A stretch of DNA of 64,000 bases, from NCBI GenBank assembly GCA_963805555.1, contig CAWDUY010000018.1, forward strand, positions 213,364 to 277,363, read 5' to 3'. How positions within the stretch are numbered: the first letter of the stretch is position 1; each line of letters starts with the position of its first letter. This DNA comes from an uncultured Actinomycetota bacterium. Its GTDB lineage: Bacteria > Actinomycetota > Actinomycetes > Mycobacteriales > Nakamurellaceae. The notes below the pieces were generated by a model. It worked only from the letters and a program-made list of their open reading frames with translations. It was not told where the DNA came from and made no database searches. Below, in pieces: positions 9,191 through 18,347 of the stretch. Both the position numbers and the translations under genes were made by a program.

Positions 9191-10251
9191 GATGTTGCCT
9201 CCCTGATGCGCTGCGCCGCCCGGAGCCGCGCGGACGCGGCCCTGGGGTTTGCCTGGATCTCGTTCTCGTTCGGTATCTCGGCGCCGCCCCTGGTCAACCA
9301 GGCGAATTCCGGGTCGTGCCCGGGCAGGTCGACGGGCAGGTCCAGCGGACTGGTGGACACCGTCAGCGGCGCGATGGCGCGCTTGACGATCCGGTCCTCC
9401 AGCGACTGATAGGACATCACCACGATCCGACCGGCCAGCGAAAGATGCTGCAGAGCAACGGGAATCGCCCGCTTCAACGCGCCGAGCTCGTCGTTGACCT
9501 CGATCCGCAGCGCCTGGAACGTGCGCTTGGCCGGGTTGCCGCCGGTCCGCCGGGTGGCGGCCGGAATGGCTGCGCGGACCAATTCGACCAGCCGGGCGCT
9601 GGTGGTGAACGGCTGCCGGGCACGTTCGACGATGAGCACCTTCGAGATACGGGCGGCGAACCGCTCGTCGCCGTACTCCCGCAGGATCCTGGTCAGTTCG
9701 GCGCCGGGGTAGGTGTTGACGACGTCCGCGGCGGTGATCCCGGTGGTGGGGTCCATCCGCATGTCGAGCGGGGCGTCCTGGGCGTAGGCGAAGCCGCGGT
9801 CGGACTCGTCCAACTGGACGGAGGAGACCCCGAGGTCGAACAGGATGGCCTGCACCCGCCTGGTGCCCACCCGCTGTTCGATGACCTCGCCGATGCGGTC
9901 GTACACGGCGTGCACGAGCTCGACCCGGTCGCTCAGCCCGGCGTCGGCCAACCGTCGTTCGGCGATCCGGAGTGCCTGTGGGTCCCGATCGATGCCGATG
10001 ACGCGCAACGCCGGGTGCGCCGACAGCAGCGCCAGGGTGTGCCCGCCCATCCCCAGGGTGGCGTCCACCAGTACGACATCACTTGCACCGGTTCGGGTTG
10101 CGGCCTCGATGGCCGGGGCAAGCAGCTCATCGACCCGGCGAACCAGCACCGGCACGTGGCCGCCCGGGGTCTGCGGGTTGCCGGCCGGGGTCTGCGGAGC
10201 GTCGTCCGCACGGTGATCGGCCTGCCGGCCGTCCCCCGGGCTGCCACCCAT
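9187..10251 (-). CDS. rsmH: 16S rRNA (cytosine1402-N4)-methyltransferase
   Basis: Motifs HVPVL and [13 protein letters not shown]. Lies downstream of mraZ. RBS-like gaaagagg precedes the ATG at 10251. Confidence 0.92.
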   Translation of the reverse strand: MGGSPGDGRQADHRADDAPQTPAGNPQTPGGHVPVLVRRVDELLAPAIEAATRTGASDVVLVDATLGMGGHTLALLSAHPALRVIGIDRDPQALRIAERRLADAGLSDRVELVHAVYDRIGEVIEQRVGTRRVQAILFDLGVSSVQLDESDRGFAYAQDAPLDMRMDPTTGITAADVVNTYPGAELTRILREYGDERFAARISKVLIVERARQPFTTSARLVELVRAAIPAATRRTGGNPAKRTFQALRIEVNDELGALKRAIPVALQHLSLAGRIVVMSYQSLEDRIVKRAIAPLTVSTSPLDLPVDLPGHDPEFAWLTRGGAEIPNENEIQANPRAASARLRAAQRIREATS

Positions 10252-10382
10252 CGGCGCCTCTTTCTCTGCTCTGCGGTACGTCGACTGGGGTGCTGGGTGG
10301 GTCCGGGGTGCCTGCGGTGATGATCGGGCGGGGCGACTGGCGTCTGCCGGGCGGATCCTGATTCCTGGTCCCCACCCGCTTT

Positions 10383-10454
10383 CGGTCCTGGCACGGGGGA
10401 AGTCGTGTCAGGGCCGATCGGTCCTGGCGCGGGGGAAGTCGCGTCAGGGCCGGT
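10383..10454 (-). repeat. two tandem 36-bp units, each a stem-loop, in the mraZ-rsmH spacer
   Basis: Unit 1 is cggtcctggcacgggggaagtcgtgtcagggccgat and unit 2 is cggtcctggcgcgggggaagtcgcgtcagggccggt. Each unit contains the inverted repeat cctggcRcg ... cgYgtcagg. Confidence 0.8.
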
Positions 10455-10529
10455 GCGGGTGTGGGCCGGGCGGCAGGAGCCTTGCGGTGCAGCACTTTTC
10501 GGCTGCGTCGCGGCTGTGGCCGGTGGCTC

Positions 10530-10964
10530 TCAGCTTTCGAGTAGCCCCCGTTCCGGAGCGGCATAGGCCGCTTCCTGGCGGGCCTCGTAGGCCTCCCATT
10601 CGGCGGCGTCCCAGATCTCCATGCGGAGGCCGATACCGGTGATGACCAGGTCCTTCGACAACCCGGCGTACTCACGCATCCGGGGCGTGATGGAGATCCG
10701 GCCCTGGGCGTCGGGGCGCTGCTCGTCGGTGTTGGCCAGCATGTACCGCTGGTAGCCGCGGGCCCGTTCGTCGGTGATCGAGGCGTTGATGGCCGCAGCG
10801 GCGAACTCCTCGAAACCTTCCGGGGTGAAGACGTAGAGGCAGTGGTCCTGACCGCGGACCAGCATCGCACCGGCGGCGAAGGACTCCCGGTACCTGGCCG
10901 GCAGGGTGACACGGCCCTTGTCGTCCATCCGAGGCGTGTAGGTGCCGTAGAAGCCTTTGAGCAT
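10530..10964 (-). CDS. mraZ: division/cell wall cluster transcriptional regulator MraZ
   Basis: MLKGFYGTYTPRMDDKGRVTLP... contains two DxxxR repeats (DDKGRVTLP and DAQGRISITP). RBS ggaggtgg precedes the ATG at 10964. The ORF-track extension to 11099 is rejected. Confidence 0.92.
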   Translation of the reverse strand: MLKGFYGTYTPRMDDKGRVTLPARYRESFAAGAMLVRGQDHCLYVFTPEGFEEFAAAAINASITDERARGYQRYMLANTDEQRPDAQGRISITPRMREYAGLSKDLVITGIGLRMEIWDAAEWEAYEARQEAAYAAPERGLLES

Positions 10965-11024
10965 CCCCCACCACCTCCGTCCGGCATCCCTGTGGCAGTT
11001 CCTGGGTAACCTCCCCAAGTTGCT

Positions 11025-11058
11025 CCACTCTAACCCACTCCCTGCCACCTGGAGCCAC
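11025..11058 (-). promoter_or_regulatory. candidate MraZ operator: four GTGG (CCAC on plus strand) repeats at exact 10-bp phasing, overlapping a TAGAGT -10-like hexamer
   Basis: CCAC occurs at 11025, 11035, 11045 and 11055. The minus strand reads TGGTGGctccAGGTGGcaggGAGTGGgttaGAGTGG, 60-95 nt upstream of the mraZ ATG. Further GTGGGG-N4-GTGGGG pairs lie on the plus strand at 11109-11124 and 11277-11292. Confidence 0.5.
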
Positions 11059-11492
11059 CATGTCCCCCAACTGGTGCGGGTGTCGCACGATTTGCGCACG
11101 TCAGGACCGTGGGGCGCGGTGGGGGACTTTCACCGGTCACGGACCGTTCGGATCACCCGACGAGGTACCGCCGGTCGAGCGACCGGCGCCCGCTCGTTGG
11201 AGGCAGCGAGTTACCGCTGGTCAGCGGGTCGCAGCCGAGCCTCTGCAGGCGTAAGAGCCCCCTCGATCCCGACCAGGTGGGGCGTGGTGGGGAGGGTCCG
11301 GCTGGGCCTGGCGGCCCTTGTATTGAACGGTTCACCCGCCCCGCAACGTGCACCACTCGTGGGCAACGTCCGGACCGGGTGCCCATCGCCCGGCAACGCG
11401 GAACTCCCGGCCGCCCCGGAACCCCTGGCAGACTGTCTAGAGGTGCCTCGCGCGAACCCGCGGTGCCGCACGTCCGTCGGGAGGAATCAACG

Positions 11493-12515
11493 GTGACTCA
11501 GCACGTCGACCTGGAAGCAGGGCCGGCCGGATCGGGGTCGACGAGTCCAACGGGGGCCCCCGCACCGGTCGATCTGGCGACGGTGCAGCAGGTCGGTGCG
11601 CAGATCGCGGCGGCGATCTCGCAGATCGTGCTCGGCAAGCCCGAGGTCATCCGGCTGGCGATCATCGCGGTCCTGGCCGAGGGGCACCTGCTGATCGAGG
11701 ACGTGCCCGGCACCGGCAAGACCGTGCTGGCCAAATCCCTCGCCAAGACGGTCGACTCGACCGTCAGCCGGGTGCAGTTCACCCCGGACCTGATGCCCAG
11801 TGACGTCACCGGGGTCAGCATCTACGACCGGCAATCCGCCCAGTTCGAGTTCCGCCCCGGCCCCATCTTCGCCAACATCGTGGTCGCCGACGAGATCAAC
11901 CGGGCCTCGCCGAAGACCCAGTCGGCACTGCTGGAATGTATGGAAGAACGCCAGGTCACCGTCGACGGGACCAGCTACCAATTGGCCCGTCCCTTCCTGG
12001 TCCTGGCCACCCAGAACCCGGTGGAGATGGAGGGCACCTACCCGCTCCCCGAGGCACAACGCGACCGCTTCCTGGCCCGGCTGTCCATCGGCTACCCCGA
12101 TCACAACGCCGAGATCGCGATGCTCGCCGACCGGGACCGTACCGATCCGCTCGCCGAGCTGCGGCCGGTCACCGATGCCGCGACGGTGTCGAAGCTGATC
12201 GACGCGGTCACCACCATTCACCTGGCACCGCCACTACGGCAGTACATCGTCGAGATCATCGGCGCCACCCGCACCGTCCCCGAGGTCCGGCTCGGCGCGT
12301 CACCCCGCGCGGTGCTGCACCTGGCGCGGGCGGCCAAGGCCGCGGCCGCACTGGACGGCCGGCCGTTCGTGGTACCGGACGACATCCAGCGCCTCGCCGT
12401 GCCGGTCCTTGCCCATCGGTTGCTGCTGACCGTCGAGGCGCACGCGTCGCATCGCTCCGCCGAAGAGGTCGTGCGGGTTCTGCTGAGCCGAATCCGGGTG
12501 CCGCGGGGTGGCTGA
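11493..12515 (+). CDS. MoxR-family AAA+ ATPase
   Basis: Walker A DVPGTGKTVLAK and Walker B VVADEINRA. RBS ggagga lies 6 nt before the GTG at 11493. The upstream part of ORF 11109.. looks non-coding. Confidence 0.9.
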   Translation: MTQHVDLEAGPAGSGSTSPTGAPAPVDLATVQQVGAQIAAAISQIVLGKPEVIRLAIIAVLAEGHLLIEDVPGTGKTVLAKSLAKTVDSTVSRVQFTPDLMPSDVTGVSIYDRQSAQFEFRPGPIFANIVVADEINRASPKTQSALLECMEERQVTVDGTSYQLARPFLVLATQNPVEMEGTYPLPEAQRDRFLARLSIGYPDHNAEIAMLADRDRTDPLAELRPVTDAATVSKLIDAVTTIHLAPPLRQYIVEIIGATRTVPEVRLGASPRAVLHLARAAKAAAALDGRPFVVPDDIQRLAVPVLAHRLLLTVEAHASHRSAEEVVRVLLSRIRVPRGG

Positions 12516-13806
12516 TTCTGCTCGTCGGCGCTCGAAGAGTGCTCGTTCCGGATCGCGGGGCTTGACCACCCGCGGTCGCTGCCTGCTGGCCGGCGGGATC
12601 GCCGCAACGGTCTGCGCGCTGGTATTGGACGAGCGGGACCTGTTGCGGATCGGGATCTTCGCCGCCGTGCTGCCACTGATCGCGATGCTCTCCGGCTCCG
12701 TGCGCCGGCTGAGATTGACTGCGTCGCATCTTGTCTCACCGAGTCGGCTGGATCCGGGGACGGCGGGGCAGGTCGTGCTGTCGATCAGGAACGTGGGGTC
12801 GAGCCGCACGAGCACCCTGGAGATTTCCGAAAGACCCACCGTGGACCTGACCAGCGGTGTGCGGTGCCTGGTTCCGCCGCTGCGTGCCGGGCTCACTGCG
12901 CAGACCGACTACCGCCTGCAGGCGGCCCGCCGGGGACGATTCCTGTTGGGCCCCCCGACCGTCCGGGTCGGCGATCCGTTCGGGTTGTGGGAGGACCATC
13001 GCACGCTGCCGGTGCGCACCGAGGTGCTCGTCGTACCCACGGTGGTTGACCTCGCCGGGATGCCGATCAGCACCGGAACCCGGTCCGCGGCAGCGGATCG
13101 GGCCATGTCGGGCGCTTCGGGCGGTGACCCGGACGTCGGGATTCGGAACTATCGCAGCGGCGACGACATCCGGACCATCCATTGGCGGGCCTCCGCCCGG
13201 CATGACGAGCTGATGGTGCGGTTGGAGGAGCCCGTCTCGCACGGCGGGGCCGTCGTGATGATGGACCACCGGCGACGTGCCCATACCGGCGAGGGCGCCA
13301 CGTCGAGCCTGGAGACCGCCGTGACGCTGGCCGCGTCGATCAGCGTGCATCTGCTGTCCGCCGATCACCAGATGAAGTTGACCACCCACACGGGTTCGGT
13401 GCTGGCCAATGGCCGGGACATCCAGGACGACGTGCTCGCCGCCCTCGCCGTCGTCGAACCCGATCAGAGCGGGTCGCTCAAGGCGGCATCGGTCGCCGGA
13501 TCCGGCTTGATCATCGCTGTCCTGGGCGCGGTGGATCTGCCGGCGGCCCGGTTGCTGATCGCGGCACGCCGGCGCGGCACCAACGGCATCGCCTTCGTGC
13601 TCGAGACCGAGCAATGGGGTCCGCACGGGCCGATCGGCGACCCGGAGGCGACTGCGCTGCTCCGATCCGCGGGGTGGCGAGTCGTGACGATCGGAATCGG
13701 CGACAGTCTGGCCGTCGCGTGGAACCGGGCCTGCTCGGGAGCGGCGACATTCCAGCTGGCCGCCGACCGCAAGGTGGCCCTTCCGGTCCGGATGTCGGCG
13801 TCATGA
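12508..13806 (+). CDS. DUF58 domain-containing protein (vWA-like partner of MoxR)
   Basis: N-terminal TM pair and the DUF58 hallmark IRNYRSGDDIRTIHWRASARHDELMV. The GTG start overlaps the MoxR stop. Confidence 0.85.
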   Translation: MADSARRRSKSARSGSRGLTTRGRCLLAGGIAATVCALVLDERDLLRIGIFAAVLPLIAMLSGSVRRLRLTASHLVSPSRLDPGTAGQVVLSIRNVGSSRTSTLEISERPTVDLTSGVRCLVPPLRAGLTAQTDYRLQAARRGRFLLGPPTVRVGDPFGLWEDHRTLPVRTEVLVVPTVVDLAGMPISTGTRSAAADRAMSGASGGDPDVGIRNYRSGDDIRTIHWRASARHDELMVRLEEPVSHGGAVVMMDHRRRAHTGEGATSSLETAVTLAASISVHLLSADHQMKLTTHTGSVLANGRDIQDDVLAALAVVEPDQSGSLKAASVAGSGLIIAVLGAVDLPAARLLIAARRRGTNGIAFVLETEQWGPHGPIGDPEATALLRSAGWRVVTIGIGDSLAVAWNRACSGAATFQLAADRKVALPVRMSAS

Positions 13807-16233
13807 CAACGTCACCACCTGCTGCGCAGCATCGGGCGATCCCGACCGTCATACCGGCTCGGGCTTCGGCCCATCCGACCGAAGCCGGCCGGGGCATGCG
13901 GCCGACCGGGCCTGGCAGCGCGGTCCCACCCGATCAACCCGCGCCGCCGGTCTTCCTGGTTCCGACCCTGATCGGGGCGCTGGCGATCCTCGCGGCGACC
14001 ATCGCGATCCCACCGATGATCAGCGGCGAGGAATGGTTCTGGCCCACCGTCGAAGTGGTGATGGTGATCTGGCTGGTCGGCGTCGGGGCCCGGCTGGCCC
14101 GGTTACCGGCAGTCGTGGCGATCCTGCTGCAGGTCGCCGGGGCGGGTATCGCACTGACCGCGCTATTTACGACCGGCGGGATCGGCGGGGTTCTCCCGAA
14201 CGGCGCCGTCATCGGTGAAGCCGGAGAACTGCTGACAGGTGCCTGGGGCCAGATCCGGACCACGGTGTCGCCGGCCCCGGCCTCCACCGAACTGTCATTC
14301 CTGATTTGCCTGTCCGTCGGCACCACGGCGCTGATCGTCGACATTCTGATCGCGGTGTGCCGGGCGCCGGCCCTGGTGGCTCTGCCGCTGCTCTGTGTGT
14401 TCTCCGTGCCGGCCTCCATCGATCTGTCGATGTTGCCCTGGGAGGCCTTCGCGGCGCCGGCCATGCTCTACGCGCTCCTGCTGGTCGCGAGCGGGCTGAC
14501 CGGGCGGCGTCTGGGCGCCGGGGCCGGCCTCGCCCAGGTGGTCAATGGGGTCGCGCTCGCCGCGCTGGCCACCGTCATCGCGCTGGTGGTCGCCGGGTCG
14601 GTGACCGGGGTGGGCACGGCCGGGCGCCTGCCGCGCACCGCGGCCGGACCGAGTGCCGGGATCGGCCTGTCCCCCTTCGCTACGCTGCAGGGCAACCTGC
14701 TGCGGTCGGAGCCGGTGGACATGCTCACCGTGACCGGATTGACGGAGCCGAAGTACCTGCGGGCAATGGGTCTGGAGGAATGGACGGGTCAGAAGTGGTC
14801 GATCGATCAGCTCACCGACGGTGAACTGCCCAGCGCACCGCTCCCCGCGGAGCAGGCGGTGACCGTGACGGCGCTGTCCTATCGCGATGAGTTCCTGCCG
14901 ATCTACAACGGCACCACCCAGGTGAATGGCGCCGATCCGGGTTGGTCGTACGACGCAGCGTTGGAGACCGTGCACCGCGCCGAGCCGCTCACCCCCGCTC
15001 CCTATGTGATCGACGCGGTGTTCGCCGAGCCCACCGCGGCGGAACTCCGCGCCGACACCGCCCGACCTGACGATCTGCTCACCGAGACCGGCGACCTGTC
15101 GCCCGAGGTGGTGGCGATCACGACACAGGTCACCGGGGCCGCCACGACGGCGTTCGACAAGGCCGAAGCGCTCCGCACCTATTTCACCGACCCTGCCAAC
15201 GGGTTCACCTATTCCCTGTCCGTCCCGCTCGGTGACAGCGGTGACCCGCTCCTCGACTTCCTCACCAACAAGCAGGGCTACTGCGAGCAGTACGCCTCGG
15301 CGATGGCCATCATGCTGCGCGCGGTCGGTGTGCCGGCCCGGGTGGCAATCGGCTTCACCCAGGGCCAGCGGCAATCCGATGGCAGCTATCTGATCAGCAG
15401 CAATGACGCGCACGCCTGGGTAGAGGTGCGGTTCGACAACAGCGGCTGGGTCCAATTCGATCCGACACCGCTGACCGGCGGGCAGGGCCGCCAACAGGGC
15501 TTCGCCGAGGACGTCGGGCCTGTACCAAGCATCGGCGCGCTACCCAGCGACGACGTCCCGTCCGCCGGGCTCGGCGCGGACGAGCCAACCGCGGGTGCCG
15601 GCGAGCCAACGGCGCAGCCGTCCCAGGGTGCGGGTGGCACCGATTCGGCCGATGCCGAACCGGCGGTCGCGCCCGGCTGGTGGTTCGCCTTGGCCGTCCT
15701 GGCGCTCGTCGCCGCCGCGGCGGCCGGGCCGACCGTTGTCCGCCGGCGGCGTCGGGATCACCGGCTCGCTGCGGCGGATGCCGGCGGGGCGGGTGCGGCC
15801 GCGGCCGCTTGGCGGGAGGTCGAGGACCTGGCCGTCGACCACGGGATTGGCCTCAATCCGGCCGAGTCCGCAAGGGCGACCGCAAACCGGCTGGCTAAGG
15901 CCAGCCACCTGTCCGAGCACGGGCGGGCGGAGTTGCGGGCGCTCGTGACCGCCGTCGAGCGGGGGTGGTACGCCGGCGGTGCTGAGCCCTCGGGTGATGA
16001 GTCAGTCGGCGCCGGGTCCTCGAGCGCCAGGGCCTCCTGGCGCTGGGTCACCTGGCGCTGGATCCACTGCCGACGGGTCTTCGATGGCCACCGAGACGCT
16101 CATCCGCCCCGCGGCGGAACCGCTCGGAGCGGCACCCCGGACGATCGCCCTCGATCTCCAACACCACGTTCCGCTGGCCCCGCTGGACCGGTTGGTCCCG
16201 CGGTCGGTGCGACCCGCGTGGTGGCGGGACTGA
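13803..16233 (+). CDS. transglutaminase-domain membrane protein (TgpA-like); reading frame breaks near 16000-16085
   Basis: ATGA overlap with the DUF58 stop. Multi-TM N-terminus. Cys-His-Asp core: KQGYCEQYASAM, DAHAWVEVRF, FDPTP. The frame-0 ORF stays open to 16610 but runs through an intrinsic terminator. Codon-position GC favours the +1 frame from about 16084, which ends ...RLVPRSVRPAWWRD* at 16233. The 3' end is therefore uncertain. Confidence 0.75.
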
Positions 16234-16378
16234 GCTGCACCTGGTTCCGGGAGCACGCCGGGCTCACCCAACGTTGCGCAGGATGGCGACAGACGGATCG
16301 ACCGCGGCCTTCACGTCCGCGGGGCGGGCGTCGCGCAGGTCCGCCACCCCTCGTTCGCCCAAGCCGGCTGCTGGCTAG

Positions 16379-16421
16379 AAAAAAGGGCGCCGACACCCGA
16401 CGCTTTCCGGGTGCCGCCGCC
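16379..16421 (-). terminator. intrinsic terminator of the DUF3040 gene
   Basis: Minus strand reads GGCGGCGGCACCCG-gaaagcgt-CGGGTGTCGGCGCCC followed by TTTTTT. It lies 17 nt downstream of the stop at 16438. Confidence 0.8.
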
Positions 16422-16437
16422 TTGACTGACTATTTAC

Positions 16438-16818
16438 TTACTGGCCGGGCTCGTCAAAGCGCCGACGGAAACGCTCTTCCATCCGATTCCCCAACGAGGG
16501 GTTCGACTTGGCTGCGTTCTTCTCCACACCCTTGGCGGCCCTGGCACTGGGCTGGCCGAAGACGAATAGTCCGACCGCCCCGACCATCGTCAAGAATCCG
16601 ACAACACTGACCACGACACCGACGGCCAGGAAGCTCTGCGTCGCGATGACGCCGACGACCAGGGCAACGAGACCGGCAAGGAACAAACACCCCGCGACGA
16701 TGGGGCGCCGCCGCCGAATGCGGCTGACGTTGACGCTTGTCGCAAACTTAGGGTCGTCCTCATAGAGCGCGCGTTCGATCTCGTCGAGCATCCGCTGTTC
16801 GTGCTCGGAGAGCGGCAT
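16438..16818 (-). CDS. DUF3040 domain-containing membrane protein
   Basis: MPLSEHEQRMLDEIERALYEDDPKFA followed by two TM segments. RBS ggaggagg precedes the ATG at 16818. Confidence 0.85.
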   Translation of the reverse strand: MPLSEHEQRMLDEIERALYEDDPKFATSVNVSRIRRRRPIVAGCLFLAGLVALVVGVIATQSFLAVGVVVSVVGFLTMVGAVGLFVFGQPSARAAKGVEKNAAKSNPSLGNRMEERFRRRFDEPGQ

Positions 16819-17096
16819 GGGTCCCCTCCTCCCGGCACCTGACCACCAGCATTGGTGGTCACATCCTACGGCCGCCAACCGGCGACCTAGAACAAGGATA
16901 CGAGGTGTCCGCGCGGACCACTAGCGCACGGCGGAATCTGTCACACTTTCACCCCAAGTGGGTCGTGTCCGGCAGGTGCGTCGGGACACGCCACCGGTGT
17001 CCGACGCCAATGCCGGGCCCTCCTCGGCAACTGGGTGAGGGCCGGCCGCACTGTCTCTCGCGGGGTTCGGGATCAACGCCTCTGGGGGTGACCGGA

Positions 17097-18347
17097 TTAC
17101 CCGACGTCGGGTCGGTCCAGCAGCGCGGCCGGGCGGACGGCCGTCATGCCGAACTTCTCCAGGGCACGATCGATCGCCCCCTGTGCCTCGCGCCAGCCAG
17201 GTCCAGAATCTGCTGATCCGAGTTCCAGCTGTTCGGAGACATCGCCGGACGGCACCAAACCCTCCAACCGCACACCCAGCAGCCGAATCCGCTGGGCGCC
17301 GGCGCCCGAGGCCCGCACCTTGATCAGCAGCTCGCGCGCGGTCGCGTACACGGTGCGCGACATGTCCGTCGGCGTTGACAGGGTGGCTGACCGGGTCAGC
17401 GTGGAGAAGTCCTCGAACCGCACCTTGATGCTGACCGTCCGGCCGCGGACGCCCGCCCGCCGCGCTCGGTGCGAGGTCCGTTCGGTCAGCGCAAGAAGTT
17501 GGCGCGTCAGGTAAGCCGCGTCAGCGGAATCGACGGCGAAGGTCGTCTCGGCGCCGATGGAGGAATCCGCGACGTCCGTCTGTACGGTACGGCCATCGCG
17601 CCCCCACGCCAGTTCGTACAGCTTGCTGCCGCTGGCCGGCCCCAGCGCGCTGATCAGGTGGGCGCGGTCCATGGCGGCAATCTCGCCCACCGTGCCGATC
17701 CCGAGGGATTCCAGCTTCTCCGCGGTACGCGGGCCGACGCCCCAGAGTGCCCGGACCGGCAGCGGGTGCAGGAGGGCGATGACGTCAGCCGGCGGCACGA
17801 TCAGCAGACCGTCCGGCTTGGCCAGACCGGAAGCCAGCTTGGCCACGAATTTCGTGGAGGCCGCGCCGACCGTCGCCGTCAGCCCGAGTTCTTCGTGAAT
17901 CCGCCGGCGCAGCGCCTTGGCGATCGCCGCCGGCCGGCCGAACTGCCGGCGGGCACCGGAGACGTCGAGGAACGCCTCGTCCACCGACAACGGCTCGACC
18001 AGCGGGGTGACATCGGCGAACAGGGCCATCACCGCCCTGGACGCCTCGGCGTAGGCGCTCATATCCGGCTGGACCACGACGATGCCACGGCACAGCGCCA
18101 TCGCCTTCGAGGTCGGCATCGCGGACCGAATGCCGTGCTCCCGTGCCTCGTAGGTGGCCGACAACACCACCCCTCGGCCGCCCGTGCCGGCGACCATCAT
18201 CGGCCGGCCACGAAGCTCCGGCCGGCGCCGCACCTCGACCATCGCGAAGAACGCGTCCATATCGACATGCAGGATGGTGCAGGCACTGTCGTCGACGGCT
18301 TCGGGATCAACGGTGACGTACCGGTGCCGATCAGCGCGGTGCGTCAT
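17097..18347 (-). CDS. dinB: DNA polymerase IV (Y-family)
   Basis: ILHVDMDAFFAMVEVRRRPELRGRPMMV is a typical DinB N-terminus, within a 416-aa ORF. ATGA overlap with the upstream methyltransferase stop. Confidence 0.9.
   Translation of the reverse strand: MTHRADRHRYVTVDPEAVDDSACTILHVDMDAFFAMVEVRRRPELRGRPMMVAGTGGRGVVLSATYEAREHGIRSAMPTSKAMALCRGIVVVQPDMSAYAEASRAVMALFADVTPLVEPLSVDEAFLDVSGARRQFGRPAAIAKALRRRIHEELGLTATVGAASTKFVAKLASGLAKPDGLLIVPPADVIALLHPLPVRALWGVGPRTAEKLESLGIGTVGEIAAMDRAHLISALGPASGSKLYELAWGRDGRTVQTDVADSSIGAETTFAVDSADAAYLTRQLLALTERTSHRARRAGVRGRTVSIKVRFEDFSTLTRSATLSTPTDMSRTVYATARELLIKVRASGAGAQRIRLLGVRLEGLVPSGDVSEQLELGSADSGPGWREAQGAIDRALEKFGMTAVRPAALLDRPDVG

Noticed and set aside
8015-9409. 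464-aa plus-strand Cys/Arg/Gly-rich repetitive ORF (and 8026-8916)
   Set aside because: It is antisense to the FtsL-like gene and its Ala-rich repeat. It has no start context, and its composition is implausible for a protein.
11109-11492. 5' extension of the MoxR ORF (468-aa version)
   Set aside because: The extension is Arg/Pro/Gly-rich and overlaps the dcw control region. A GGAGGA RBS plus GTG at 11493 gives a normal-length MoxR protein.
16234-16610. Continuation of the transglutaminase ORF to 16610
   Set aside because: It crosses a strong minus-strand intrinsic terminator and overlaps the DUF3040 gene. It shows loss of codon-position GC structure and has junk composition.
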